64,000 nt of DNA, taken from contig CM059432.1 in assembly GCA_030390025.1 (NCBI GenBank), positions 100,628,001-100,692,000 of the forward strand, read 5' to 3'. This document shows, one piece after another, positions 1-13,739 of the stretch. Every line of letters starts with the position of its first letter. Positions within the stretch are counted from its first letter, which is position 1. The DNA is from Squalus acanthias (lineage: Eukaryota). The notes beneath the pieces are model-generated. The model was not told the DNA's origin. It searched no databases and saw nothing but the letters and a program-made list of their open reading frames with translations. The position numbers and the translations under genes are program-made.

Positions 1-184
1 AAAGTTTGACAATATTTGAGCTACAAGATCTAGGCAGTTTCCTCGAAAATGGATAAGACATATTTTAGCACATTGTGCATTCTGGGTAGGGGCATCCACC
101 ATTATCCCCCAGAATCACAGATTTCCTATTAAGATGGGGGCTGGAGAGAATCTAATTCCACTCTCCATAATCTTTAATGTTTCT

Positions 185-720
185 CTTTTTGGTAGCTTGT
201 CCAAAAGTGTTTGGAATCAGCACGGTATCAAGGTGGCCACTAAACTGAAGGCTTATAAGGCAGTTTTCCTTACCAATCTCCTGTATGGATGTGAAACATG
301 GGCGCTCTATAGAAAGCACACTCAACCTTTGATGGAAAGGTTTCATCAAAGGCACCTTTGCATCTTACATTTTATTAGATAGCAGGACAGGATTACTAAT
401 AACAAAGTGCTGGAACGTGCTGACAGCATCAGCATTAAGGCTCAGCTCTGTCGGGCTGGACATATTGTTAGGATGGACAACGTACAGTTGTCGAAGCAAC
501 TGCTTTATGGAGAACTTGTGGTTGGCAGAAGAAAGCATGGCGACAACAAAGATGCTACAAAGACATGCTGAAGATTCACTTGAAGCAATGCAAGATGGTC
601 ATTGACTCTTGGAAAATTTGGCTACCCGCAGACAACAAAAACATGCTGAAGTGATAGAAGGAGTGGAGGCCTTTGAGTTACAACCCTGTGCCAGTGTGGA
701 GGCAAGACATGAGCAAGGTA
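185..720 (+). mobile_element. RTE-clade LINE, degenerate C-terminal ORF fragment
   Basis: TKLKAYKAVFLTNLLYGCETW...RFHQRHL...*QDRITNNKVLERA...GHIVRMD...KQLLYGEL, typical RTE post-RT motifs, with stops and frameshifts. Confidence 0.8.
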
Positions 721-3145
721 AGAAGGATCAACATAAGAACACCCCAGAGCTTGTGGTAGGCCATATCTAGCATGTATTGGCCTACATAGTTATCAACGCA
801 CCCATCTACCATGAATTTATGCTCCCTTCTTTGTTGGCATTGTGATCCTCGAGTATGACGAACACAGCACATGTGGAAATGCAATGAATGTTTTACCACT
901 AAATGATGACACTAGCCTCTCAGCCTGAATTCCTTTGACCCACTTTTGATAGTTTGGTAATAATTCAACGGTCCTTAAGACTTAAGCAATAAAGCTGGAC
1001 ACATTGAGGCTTGTCAGGTTTTAATGCTCTGTACAATTGATTTTTATTTTAAGCCCATCTGATTTGCTATGCATGTCCTAAATGCTTCATTTTTGTCCTT
1101 ACTTTTTAACTAGCATTTTATTTATTAAAGATTATCGACATCCCAGTAAAGCTAGAAAGTTTGTTTATGATGGATTCATGGTGGCTTACAGGCTCAACGC
1201 AACACAGTGTAGGACTCAAAAGTTTCTCATTTCGAAGGAGGTCTCTTGCCTTGCCCGTGCGGACTCTTTCCCTGCACCTGTTTTACAGTAGCCTGTAAGA
1301 TCCCGGCACCTAACAATGACAGGTTGCAGCACAGTGGAGGGCACAAACATTTCTCATTTAGAAGATGGTCTCTTGCTTGGAAAAAAAAATGCTTTGAGAA
1401 ATTTGAAGTTAACATGAAATCCCATGAGATGTAGTGTTTACTGCTGCTCAGCAGAGCTGCCCTTGGCTGGTGCCCAGCAGCATCTTGGAATTCAATCTCT
1501 TGGTCTAAGACTTGGAAGGCAGCTATTAATTCTTTAAGAGCTGAGAGAATAGTTTGACACCAACATTTAAGTTAAAGTATAGGGTAGGGTACACAAATAA
1601 GTCTCACAGCACTGTTCCAATAGGCTGAGAAGAGCTGTAAAACCCATGGGAGATGCAGCTTCATTTAACTTCAAATTACATCATTCTTTTGTGTCAGAGC
1701 TGCTGCTACAAAGCCAGCAATGTCACATGCAGCAACTGGAAGTACTTTTAGCAATTAAAATGAGAAAGAAACTACACATTTTCTATCTCCATAACCCACA
1801 GGACAATAATAAACACAAAGTTGAGTGCTTGTCTGGGTGTTAGTGCACTGAGGATGTATCAGCATTGTACTTGCCACCCCACATTTGAGCAAGAAACCCC
1901 GGCAACCCATGAAATCACCCTGTAATCATTTTCTGGGTTATCTCTTCTGTGTATGCACTGAAACATTGTGGATGCACAGAAGAGATAACACACAATGGAT
2001 AATGAAGCAGCTTAAGAGCGATTTAATTTGTCCACAGGTCAGCATGTTTTTGAGCAAGCAGTGCAAGAGGTGGCCAGAAATGCATACTAGCCACACAGGA
2101 CATGGACAGTAAGCAACTATGTTGCACATACAGCCCTTAACTGTCAAAGAGAGCAGACTTTCATCCAAACGTCTTGGCTGGATTCAAATGTAGGGTCAAA
2201 GAAGAGAAGACAGTACAATGTGCCACCCAGAAAACATCCATTAGAATAACTTTAAATATCTCCAACATGGACAACATTGGTAAATGAGTTAGTGATGTAG
2301 ATCTCAATTAATTCTTTCATATTTGTATAATCAAGATAAAAAGATAATTTGATGGTGGTATGGCTGTTTAATTACCTATACATCGACAGCTGAAAGGAGT
2401 CGGTATTGAATGAAGCAGTATGCAATGTAGTGAGCGGCTCGAGAGAATACAGGCAAATTATAGCCTAACATACAGTAAATATTTCATTTGAATGAAGAAC
2501 AACCACAAGTTAGTGAGCTGCTGCAACCCATGGAGATGCTCTCTATTCAATAGCCAAACACACAGAGAGAATGAAAGAAGCAGCTGTACAAGGCACTGAG
2601 CTGCAGCAGCCTGTATCATAGCAAATAGAAAATAATACTCCTGCCGTCAGCTTGGAACAGGTTCAGGGACAACATAAGCCACTGGAAAGATTTATTAAAT
2701 TGACCAAAATATGTTCAATTCATCGAGCAGCATGAAAGCAACGATGCAGCGAAAGAAAAGAAAGAATGAGAAATTTAATACATGGCTTCTTACCAGAAAA
2801 TAAATGAGGGAAGTTCAAAAAATAGCCTAGCTACAGGACTTGAAAGCTATCTGTCACAATCTTATTTTGTCAGCCTTGGGTTAAAAACTGGGTAAGATTT
2901 GAACTTGACAGCGACACTGCACATTGGCAATGTGAGGAGATTTTAAGGTGTAATAACAATATGCAGGCAATTTGCTGCTTGAATGGCCCATTATAAAGTA
3001 ACATGAGTGACACAAAACAAATTCATTTTTGAAAGGTTATAGGAAGTCTGTCAAATTTTGTACACTGTAGAACAACATGGATTGTAAGTCAAATTCTGTG
3101 AGAGAAATTAAAATAAAAGTTTGGCGGAGTATACAAAATTGAAAA

Positions 3146-4230
3146 AAGTACAAGTAAATCGCTGTTTCACCTGGAAGGAGTGCTGGGGCCCTGGACAGCG
3201 AGAAGGGAGGAGGTAAAAGGGCAGGTGTTGCATCTCCTGCGCTTGCACGGGAAGGTGATGTGGGCAGGGGAGGGGGTGTTGAGGGTGATAGAGGAATGGA
3301 TCAGGGTGCCATGGAGGGAGCGGTTCATTTGGAATGCTGAAAAGGGAGGGGAAGGGAAAATGTGTTTGGTGGTGGGATCACGCTGGAGGTGGTAGAAATG
3401 GTGGAGGATGATCCATTGAATGTGGAAGCTGGTGGGGTGGAGGGTGAGGACAAGGGGAACTCTATTGTGTTTCTGAGAGGGAGGGGAAGGGAAGAGAGCA
3501 GAAGTGCAGGAAATCGAACCGACACGGTCGAGAGCCCTGCCAACCACGGTGGAGGGGAATCCTCGGTTGAGGAAACAGGAAGACATATCGGAAGCACTGG
3601 TATGGAAGATGGCACCGTCAGAACAGATGCCATGGAGATGGAGAAATTGGGAAAATGGAATAGAGTCCTTATAGAAAATGGGGTCTGAGGAAGTGTAGTC
3701 AAGGTAGCTGTGGGAGTCAGTGGGCTTATAGTGGATATTGGTCAATAGCCTATCCCCAGAAATGGAGACAGAGACAGAGAAATCGAGGAAGGGAAGGGAA
3801 GAGTCGGACGTGGACCATGTGAAAGCAAGGGAAGGGTAGAAATTGGAAGCAAATTTGATGAAATTTTCCAGTTTGGGGCGAGAGCAGGAAACGGCACCAA
3901 TACAGTCATCAAGGTACTGGAAAAAAGAGGAGGGAGGGGATCTGAATACGACTGGAACAAAGAATTTCCACATATCCCACGAAAAAGCAGGCACAGCTAG
4001 GACCTATACAGGTTCCCATAGCAACAACTTTTATTTGGAGAAGTGAGTGGAGTCAAAGAAGAAGTTGTTCAATGGAGAACAAGTTCAGCCAGGCAGAGGA
4101 GGGTGGTGGTGAATGGGGTCTGGTTGGGCCTCTGTCCATGGTGAAATGGAGACGGTTAGGGCCAGGAAACTGGAAACTGTTAAAGTGATAGAAGGCATTG
4201 GAAGAGTCGCAGATGTAGGTAGGAAGAAAA
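3146..4230 (-). mobile_element. Penelope-like element (PLE) RT/thumb/linker fragment
   Basis: ORF 3167..3994: YLDDC, LPFLD, HYKPTDSHSYLDYTS, SIPFSQFL, RVPLVLT and a CKRRRCNTC linker, which precedes the GIY-YIG domain in PLEs. Confidence 0.9.
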
Positions 4231-4959
4231 AGGCTGCCTGTTTGTGGTCATTAAGGTGAGGCATTCGTTTTTTGGGAATGGGTGATTTTTTCACATTTTG
4301 CACCCAGTGTCAGCTCACATGATCAAGTGTAACACAGGTTAGATGCAGAGTAAAGCTCCTTCTATACCCCAGCCTCAGAAATGATTGCACCAGTGTGTAT
4401 TTTTCCTTTCCCCGCTAGTTAACCAGCCATGAATGAGATTACCAATTTAACAGCAATTTCCGTCACACCACATGCTCACTGCTAATAAGGCTCGACAGTG
4501 GGAGCCAAGTCTCTCAAAATTACACCTCTCCTCTGTAGCAACAAAATTGGGTGACTTGATTTCTGACTTTCCCTCCTATCTCATGAGAAGTTTTTAGATT
4601 TTGCTCACCAGATTCCCATAATAACATAGCCATGATCAGCAATTCACTACTGTAGATTTTTAAATCAGACATAAGCAGCGGCAGCAAAGTCTGGGTGTAA
4701 AATGGGCATTATCAATTGCAAAATTGAGAAGAGATCCATAATGTTGGAAGTGCACCCATTTTGCATATCACATGCAATTCCGGTGCTAAATTAAATGGGA
4801 GTAGGAAGTTCTGGCTTGAAGCAAGTGGGAGCTTTATTGTAATATTGAGGTTATAGTGAAGTTATGATGCTATCACTTTGATATGCATGCAATTTCCTGC
4901 TGTTTATGCGTGCATTATACTGAGTGATCTAACTGCTTACATAAAATGGGTATCCAGGC

Positions 4960-6040
4960 GTGCTAGGAACATGGCATGCTCCTCCTGCACTATGTGGGAA
5001 ATCAGGGACACTTCCTGTGTCCCTGACGACCATGTGTGCGGGAAGTGTATCCAGCTGCAGCTACTGGCAGACCGCATTGCAGCGCTGGAGCTGCGAATGG
5101 ATACATACTGGAGCATTCGCGATGCTGAGGACGTCGTGGATAGAACGTTTAATGAGTTGGTCACACCGCAGGTAAAGGCTGCACAGGCAGGAAGGGAATG
5201 GGTGACCGCCAGGCAGAGTAGTAAGCGCAGGCAGGTAGTACAGGGGTCCCCTGTGGCCATCCCCCTCTCAAACAGAAATAACGCTTTGTATATTGTTGGG
5301 GAGATGGCTTATCAGGGGAATGCAGCAGCAGCCAACTTCCTGGCACCATGGGTGGTTCTGCTGCACAGGACGGGAAGAAAAAGAGCGGGAGAGCTATAGT
5401 GATAGGGGATTCAGTTGTAAGGGGAATAGATAGGCGTTTCTGCGGCCGCAAACGAGACTCCAGGATGGTATGTTGCCTCCCTGGTGCAAGGGTCAAGGAT
5501 GTCTCGGGGCGGCTGCAGGGCATTCTGGAGGGGGAGGGTGAACAGCCAGTTGTCGTGATGCATATAGGTACCAGCGATATAGGTAAAAAACGGGATGAGG
5601 TCCTAAAAGCTGAATATAGGGAGTCAGGAGGCAAATTAAAAAATAGGACCTCAAAGGTAGTAATCTCAGGATTGCTACCAGTGCCACATGCTAGTCAGAG
5701 TAGAAATAGAAGGATATTTCAGATGAATACGTGGCTAGAGGAATGGTGCAAGGGGGAGGGATTCAAATTCCTGGGACATTGGAACTGGTTCTGGGGGAGG
5801 TGGGACCAGTACAAACTGGACGGTTTGCACCTGGGCAGGGCCGGGACCGATGTCCTAGGGGGAGTGTTTAAACTAAAATGGCAGGGGGTTGGAAAGGGAA
5901 GCAAGGATAGAAACAAAAGACAGGAAGGAGAAAAGCAAAAGTGGAAGGCAGAGAAATCAAGGGTGTAAATCAAACAGGTCTACAGTAAATAATAATTCTA
6001 AAAGGACTAAGAGTGTTAAAAAAACAAGCCTGAAGGTTTT
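4960..6040 (+). mobile_element. CR1 LINE 5' part: ORF1 (CxxC/leucine-zipper region plus SGNH esterase), frameshifted
   Basis: CSSCTMWE...CGKCIQLQLLADRIAALELR, then VIGDSVVR...CCLPGARVKDV...VMHIGTSD...DGLHL in ORFs 4878..5399 and 5348..5968. Confidence 0.9.
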
Positions 6041-7646
6041 GGGGGAAAAATTGAACTTCGCCGGGGCGCTACTTTTAGCGCCCCATTAATATTAGCGCCC
6101 CCGCGCCGGAAATTGAGTGGTTGCGCCCCAAAAGGGGAGCGAGGCGCATCCCTCTTGGGGTGCTGCGAGTCAATATCGTGGCACTACGTGTTGCAGCGCC
6201 AGGCGCTGCGGCACGTCGCACCGCGGTATTGCAGGCCTTCCTCCCCTTCTTAAAGGGGAGGGGCCTTGCACAGCGTGAACCGGGGCCCGGCTGGGCCCCT
6301 GGGGATCGGGAGTGCCGGCAAAAGAGAAGTGCTGGGCTCTTAGGGGTAGAAATTAGGTCGCGCCCCATTTGGGGCGCAAATATCGTCCGGACGCAAATAT
6401 TAGCGCCTGGCGCTAATTATCGACACTGACAGGAAACTTCACTTTTACCGCCCCGGGAGGTGAGTGGAGCGCTAAAGCAGGCGCTGCACACCTCTCTTAA
6501 GGCGCAAAGGGCGAGCAGTGAGGCGCTAACTCGGAGCGCTGGCGAAGCTCATGTAATGTCAGTCAGCAATGGAACACACACACAATGGCACGGGCCAGTT
6601 CTTAAAGGGGATGGTTAATCTTGCTTTCCATCCACATCCTGTTCATTGCAGCCTTGAATCTCGGCCTGGAGAGACTTGCACATCAAATGTGCTGGAAAGT
6701 ACAATGGAGAGTACCAGGCAAAGAGCTCAGAGTGCAGCTCCCACAGTCTCTGCTAAATCGATACAAGGAATGGCAAATCAAAATGAACCTGCAAAGTGCT
6801 GCTCAGTACCCAAAACTCCTTCACACAACGTTGAATCTCTCCAGAAGTCTCTCCCTCTCTCTCTCAGAATGCGTAGTTCAAAAATGCCACCAACAATAAA
6901 AGACAGGAAGAGGCCCCCTTTAAATAGCGCCCCCCCCAGCCCCACAGCGATTGATAGCGTTCCAGTCTTCTGGTCGTTGGAAGCGCCAGGCGGTAAGGCA
7001 GGGGGCGCCACTCAATTTCTGCTACGGGGCGCCACAAGGGCGTTGCACCATGGAATGACGTCACAATCTGCGTGCGCAGGTGGTCGCAGCGGTAAGTTTT
7101 AGCGCCGCCGCACAATCTCAAGTTAAGTTCTCGAGCGGCGCAAACATCGCTGCGCCCGGGCGTTAGCGGCTTTGCGCCCCATTAGCGCCCTCTTAAGGCG
7201 CTAACGGGAGGTGCAACCAAGTGAATTTTTACCCCTTAGAGCGCAGTCGGCACTTCGCGGGGGGGGGGCTTCACGGGGGCCGCGGACAGCAACGGGGGCA
7301 GGTGCTGGCAGGCGGCCAGCAACAAAAATGGCCGCCCACCACCTCCCCTTTAACTAGCACCGCCCCGGCCGCAGGTAGGCCCCCCTGACCCCGTCGGACA
7401 TAGCGTCCGGCGGTAAGTCAAGGGGCACTACCGAAGATCGCGGCCGGAGCGTGAGCGGGGCACTGCGCACGGCGATGACGTCATCACCGGCGGCGCAGCG
7501 CCACAGGGCACTACCGGTTAGCGCCGCCGCTAACCTCCCGCTGAATTTCGCGGGAGATGCCGCACCCGGTCGCTAGTTGCTTTGCGCCCCATTAGCGCCC
7601 TCTTAAGGCGCTAACGGGAGGCACAAACCAACTGAATTTTTCCCCC
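6041..7646 (+). mobile_element. GC-rich Harbinger-type MITE (family A), inserted in CR1 and itself interrupted
   Basis: TIR GGGGGAAAAATT...AATTTTTCCCCC. TSD TTT (6038-40, 7647-49). Excision restores CR1 ORF2 KTSLKVLCLNARN. Confidence 0.9.
6343..7235 (+). mobile_element. Harbinger-type MITE (family B), nested in family A
   Basis: TIR GGGGTAGAAATT...AATTTTTACCCC. TSD TTA (6340-42, 7236-38). Second copy at 28535-29422. Confidence 0.9.
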
Positions 7647-10532
7647 TTTGTGTCTTAATGCGAGGAACATTTGTAATAAGGTGGATGAATTAGCTGCGCA
7701 AATAGATGTAAATGGATATGATATAATTGGGATTAAGGAGACATGGCTCCAGGGTGACCAAGGCTGGGAATTCAACATCCAGGGGTATTCAATATTCAGG
7801 AAGGACAGGCAAAAAGGAAAAGGAGGTGGGGTAGAATTGCTGGTTAAAGAGAAGATTAACACAATAGTAAGGAAGGATATTAGCTCTGCTGATGTGGAAT
7901 CTGTATGGGTAGAGCTGAGAAATACCAAGGGGCAGAAAACGTTAGTGGGAGTTGTATACAGACCCCCAAACAGTAATGCTGAGGTTGGGGATGGCATTAA
8001 ACGGGAAATTAGAGACGCGTCCAATAAGGGCACAGCAGTTATCATGGGTGACTTTAATCTACATATAGATTGGGCTAACCAAATTAGTAACAATACTGTG
8101 GAGGAGGAATTCCTAGAGTGTATACGGGATGATTTCCTGGACCAATATGTCGAGGAACCAACCAGAGATCAGGCCATCTTAGACTGGGTATTATGTAATG
8201 AGAAAGGATTAATTAGCAATCTTGTTGTGCGAGGCCCCTTGGGGAGGAGCGATCATAATATGATAGAATTCTTCATTAAGATGGAGAGTGAAGTAGTTGA
8301 CTCAGAGACTAGGGTCCTGAATTTAAATAAAGGAAACTAAGATGGTATGAGGCACAAGTTGGGGAGGATTGATTGGGGAATGTCACTCAAATGGTTGACG
8401 GTGGATAGGCAATGGCAAACATTTAAAGATTGCATGGATGAACTACAGAATTTGTTAATCCCTATTTGGCATAAAAATAAAACAAAAAAGGTGACTCAAC
8501 CGTGGCTAACAAGGGAAATTAGGCATAGCATAAGATCCAAGGAGAGGACATATAAGTTGGCCAGAAAAAGCAGCAAACCTGAGGATTGGGAGCAGTTTAG
8601 GATTCAGCAAAGGAGGACAAAGGCATTAATTAAGAGGGGGAAAATAGAATATGAGCGTAAGCATGCAGGGAACATAAAAACTGACTGTAAAAGCTTCTAT
8701 AGATATGTGAAGAGAAAAAGATTGGTGAAGTCAAGCGTAGGTCCCTTGCAGTCAGAATCAGGGGAATTTATAATGGGGAACAAAGAAATGGCGGACCAAT
8801 TAAATACATACTTTGGTTCTGTCTTCACAAAGGAAGACACAAATAACCTCCCAGAGATGTCGGGGAACATAGGGTCTAATGAGAGGGAGGAACTGAATGA
8901 AATCAGTATTTGTAGGGAAATGGTGTTAGGGAAATTGATGGGATTGAAGGTCGATAAATCCCCAGGGCCTGATAATCTACATCCTAGGGTACTTAAGGAA
9001 GTGGCCCTAAAAATAGTAGATGTATTGCTGGTCATCTTCCAAAATTCAATAGACTCTGGAACAGTTCCCATGGATTGGAGGGTAGCTAATGTAACCCCAC
9101 TATTTAAAAAAGGTGGTAGAGAGAAAATGGGGAATTATAGACCGGTAAGCCTGACATCGGTAGTGGGAAAAATGCTAGGGTCCATTATAAAAGATGTAAT
9201 AGCAGAGCACTTGGAAAACAGTGACAGGATCGGACAAAGTCAACATGGATTTACAAAAGGTAAATCATGCTTGACTAATCTACTGGAATTTTTTGAGGAT
9301 GTAACTGGTAGAATAGATAAGAATAGAATAAATACACCAGTGGATGTGGTGTATTTGGACTTTCAGAAGGCTTTCGATAAGGTCCCGCATAAGAGATTAG
9401 CGTGTAAAGTTAAAGCACATGGGATTGGGGGTAAGATACTGACTTGGATAGAGAACTGGTTGGCAGACAGGAAGCAGAGAGTTGGAATAAACTGGTCTTT
9501 TTCCGAGTGGCAGGCAGTGACTAGTGGGTTACCGCAGGGATCGGTGCTAGGACCCCAGCTATTCACAATATATATTAATGATCTAGACAAGGGAACTTGT
9601 AATATCTCCAAGTTTGCAGACGACACAAAGTTGGTGGGCGTGTGTGCTGTGAGGAGGATGCAGAGAAACTCCAGTATGATTTGGACAGGTTGGGTGATTG
9701 GGCAGATGCAGTATAATGTGGATAAATGCGAGGTTATCCACTTCGGTGGCAAAAACAGGAAGACAGATTATTATCTGAATGGCAATAAATTGGGAAAAGG
9801 GGAAGTGCAACGAGACCTGGGTGTCCTTGTGCACCAGTCGCTGAAGGTAAGCATGCAGGTGCAGCAGGCGGTTAAGAAGGCAAATGGTATGTTGGCCTTC
9901 ATAGCGAGAGGATTTGAGTACAGGAACAAGGATGTCTTGCTGCAGTTGTACAGGGCCTTGGTGAGACCACACCTTGAGTATTGTGTGCAGTTTTGGTCGC
10001 CTTATCTGAGGAAGGATGTTCTTGCCATGGAGGGAGTGCAGCGAAGATTCACCAGACTGATACCTGGGATGGCAGGAATGACGTATGAAGAGAGATTGGG
10101 TCGATTAGGCTTATATTCGCTAGAATTTAGAAGAATGAGAGGGGATCTCATTGAAACTTATAAAATTCTAACAGGACTAGACAGACTAGATGCAGGAAGG
10201 ATGTTCCCGATGGCGGGGGAGTCCAGAACCAGGGGTCACAGTCTAAGGATAAGGGGTAAGCCATTTAGGACTGAGATGAGGAGGAATTTCTTCACCCAGA
10301 GAGTGGTGAACCTGTGGAATTCTCTACCACAGAAGGCAGTTGAGGCCAATTCATTAAATATATTCAAGAAGGAGTTAGATACATTTCTTAAGGCTAAAGG
10401 GATCAAGGGATATGGGGAGAAAGCAGGGACAGGGTACTGAATTTGGATGATCAGCCATGATCTCATTAAATGGCGGAACAGGCTCGAGGGGCCGAATGGC
10501 CTACTCCTGCTCCTATCTTCTATGTTTCTATG
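7647..10532 (+). mobile_element. CR1 LINE ORF2 (APE endonuclease plus RT) and 3' UTR, disabled
   Basis: EN ORF 7648..8340 (ETWL, GDFN, SDH). RT ORF 8347..10440 (QHGF, YLDFQKAFD, PQGSVLGP, FADD). In-frame stop at 8338-40. 3' tail ttctatgtttctatg. Confidence 0.95.
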
Positions 10533-13500
10533 AACTTAGCTATATACACAAGTTTATTTAAACAGTCTAGTAAAAGTATTTAGCAAACAATTCACTTCGG
10601 CACTGTTTATTTTGCCCTATTTATGTTATTATTCAGGTTTTCAGGAGCCTTAATAGCAAATATGCTGGTTCCTTTTTTTCCAACACCTCAAATACTGCCT
10701 TAACCTTCCCTGACACTAGTTCACTTGCGGACTTAGTTGTTGCTCGCTTCCAGCCTGTGGCAGACCGTAGTATTTTCCCTTGCTCGCTCCTGGTCTGGCC
10801 TCCCCACCCACTACCTCCCAGCCCTAAGTATCTCCAATTCCTCCATTTGCTCACACTTGGCTCCATGTACCTCCCTGCTCATTCATTTCTGTTCCTGGCC
10901 TTATTACAACTTCTTTCTGTCAGTCCAGGCTCCCCTTTTGTCTCTCCTGGTCTGAAAAGAAACATGGAGGCCAGGCCTTGTACTGGGATGCATTGGGTGG
11001 GGGTGTCTAGGTCTAGGACATGTCTACAAATGTAATAAAAGGCACATGCCTGGCCTCTCACTCCCAGAAGGATATACAATCTTTTCTATGCTATCAGAGA
11101 ATTGAAACTCCAAGCAGATCTGTAGGTCTCCCAGAAGGTGAGAGGAAAAGGAGAGATTGAGAGACATGTAGAAGCAAAATGAAATGCTTGAGGCATACAG
11201 AGGAGAACATATACAGCGAGAGACAGCGCGTGAGACGATTAATGGGGGCAGATATAGACAGCAAGAAAGACATAAAAGTGATGCGAGAGAATGGGAAGCA
11301 TAAAATGGGAGGCGGCGGTGGAAAGAGATAGGCTTGCAGAAAGAGTGAGAAGAATAAAAAAGAAACAAAGAAGCAGAGATATTAATGAGAGTGCATGGGA
11401 AACAAATGGAAAGATAGCTGGAAAAATACCAGAGTGTAAAACTAATAAAACAAAAGTTAGAAGAATACAATTTTTTTCTTTGTTGTTAGAAATGTCACAG
11501 AAAATCAACAAACCTATTTTTTAAAAGCTGCAAAGAACTTTGACTGGTAAGTAATTAATGGTTTTTGCTAAACCAAATTCTAATGCATGAACAATAAAAT
11601 AAAGAATTTGCAGGAGAGAAACCAATGTGGAGCAGCAACAAAAATAAATCAATCACAATTGGACGTTCATCATGCAGATGTTCAATTCAATTTGTTTACT
11701 CCAGACCAGTGAAGTAAGAATAATACAGATAAAATCACCTGAAGGCAATTTAGAGTCTGGCCAGGGAACCTGACTTGAAAACAGAACTAACAGCTACTTG
11801 GCCACTCTTAAAACGCCTGTAGCCTACAAATGGAATGGCATCTCTGGTCTCAGTAATGGACAGAAATGTAGAAAGGAAACAGAGAAGTGCAAAGTCTCAC
11901 TCACCAGGAGTGCTTATCAGGAGTTCAGGCATGCACGCCTCACAATTTTCCATCCATTTATTTAAATGGACTAAAAATCACAGTGTGGAGTGTCTGATAT
12001 GTGGTCCCAACCAGTGAGGCTCCACACCAAAGTGCAATCTTACAAAATTACCCCTATGGTGACAATGGGAGAGCAAAGAACGCATCACTTTTAATCAAAT
12101 TAAAGCAGCTAAAACATTTAAAACACTCCTTGCAGAAGGTAAAAATAAAAGGGGCGATACAGAATTCTAGTAGCTTGTCACAGTTAGTTCACATTTTATT
12201 GCATTGTTAACGAGCTGTAGATTTTACTGGTACTAATAGCATAGATGCATTTAAGGGGAAGCTACATGAGGGAGAAATGAATAGAAGTAGATGTTGATAG
12301 GGTGAGATGAAGTAAAGTGGGAGGAGGCTTGTGTGGAACATGAACACCTGCATAGACCTGTTGGGCTGAATGGCCTGTTTCTGTACTGTAACATTCTACG
12401 TAATAAACTAGAGATTCAATTTTTATCTTGCTGTACTAAATTATTCCTCCTATCTGGAGTGAATCATTGGACAATCACCTCAAACACATCTGTCCTGTAG
12501 GAGGTACTGTACACTGCAAAAAAAAAGAACTGAAATGTATCGTAGTTTCCTGCATATCTGTGATACATTGTGTAGAAAAAGCAGTCATTTTTCTGTGGAT
12601 GTTCTGATCACTGACAATAAGTTTTTGTTGTTAGAATCTCACAGGGTCTGGTTTGTAAAGATCGTAGGGTACAAATTCTACAGCACCATTGTGCAACTCA
12701 AGTGTGGCAAGGTGGAACTTCTACTTGCCAATTTGACCTGGCTGTGATCCCTTCCTAAATTCCAAGGAAGGCTCATTTAAATAATAGGGGTGGCAGCCAC
12801 ACCTGTAGCAGTGCAACAGGGGCATTCAAGGACTGAAATGGTAAGGAACCATAATGCTCTTCTGAGTGCTGCCCTGTGACCTTGGCGCTTTTTCCAATGA
12901 CAATCAATCCGTCTGGGATTGACTGCTGTTACAATGTCAGGGACTACTTTAGGCCTAGTACGGAACCAAACAGTTCTTCTCAGTAGATGTAGGTCCCACT
13001 GGTCCAATCAGAAGCACATCTGTCGGGATTGCTGGGTTAGGTAAGGAGCTCCTTCAGACCCGGCCTCAAACCGGTGCCAGATCGTGGGGGGTGGCAGGGG
13101 AAGGGGCAAACAGAAGAAGCCCCGCATTACCCCTATACCTTTCAGAAGGGGTGGAACCACGGCAGAGCTGGGTTTCTTACCTCTTTTTTGCCCCTTCCCG
13201 CCAAAAAGAATTGCTCAATTTCTCCCCGTGTGCCTTGAAAAAACTGCTTTATTTATTAATAGAGAGATGCATAATTGATGATGTGATAACTTCACTTTTG
13301 TTTGTTTTGCTCAGAGTTTCAATTAAAAAGGACAAAATAATATATTGTACAAATCTCCACGAATATGCACTTGCCTGTGGTGTTGTCAGCAGGGAGGGCT
13401 GGAACCATTTTCTGTGGCCAACCTCTCCTCCTCAATTAAATAGGGTCCCTGCACAGGAAGTCTGGACAGGAGCACAGTTGGCTGGGGCTCTAAAATCTGG

Positions 13501-13739
13501 CCAGGGAACAACGGTTAAAGTGCTGTTGCTTGCCGTTAAAGGGGAAGGTAACTTTTGGTGCACAAAGGTAAAATCTTTACTGCCAAAAGAAATAAATGTG
13601 TAGAGAAATGTGATGAAAAATAAGGTTTTAACTCGCGCCCCCGCCGCCAACCCACCTCCCGACCTCCTCTTGCCCATCGGGACGGGGGAGGGCGGGAGCG
13701 CGGTGGTGGTGGTTAATATCAAGGCCAATGGTTCTGAAG

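Noticed and set aside
6569..7102. Repeated small ORFs (also 28860-29196) as a novel protein gene
   Set aside because: They recur only because they lie in two copies of MITE B. Several frames are open and no domain is recognisable.
8347..10440. 697-aa ORF as an active reverse transcriptase
   Set aside because: Compared with the 57679..58653 copy it has a 1-nt deletion (~9632) and an 11-nt deletion (~9705) that scramble ~25 residues after FADD. There is also a stop between EN and RT and a MITE at the ORF2 start.
11024..11524. Overlapping 77-148 aa ORFs
   Set aside because: Purine-rich low-complexity sequence gives stop-poor frames, and there is no domain or splice support.
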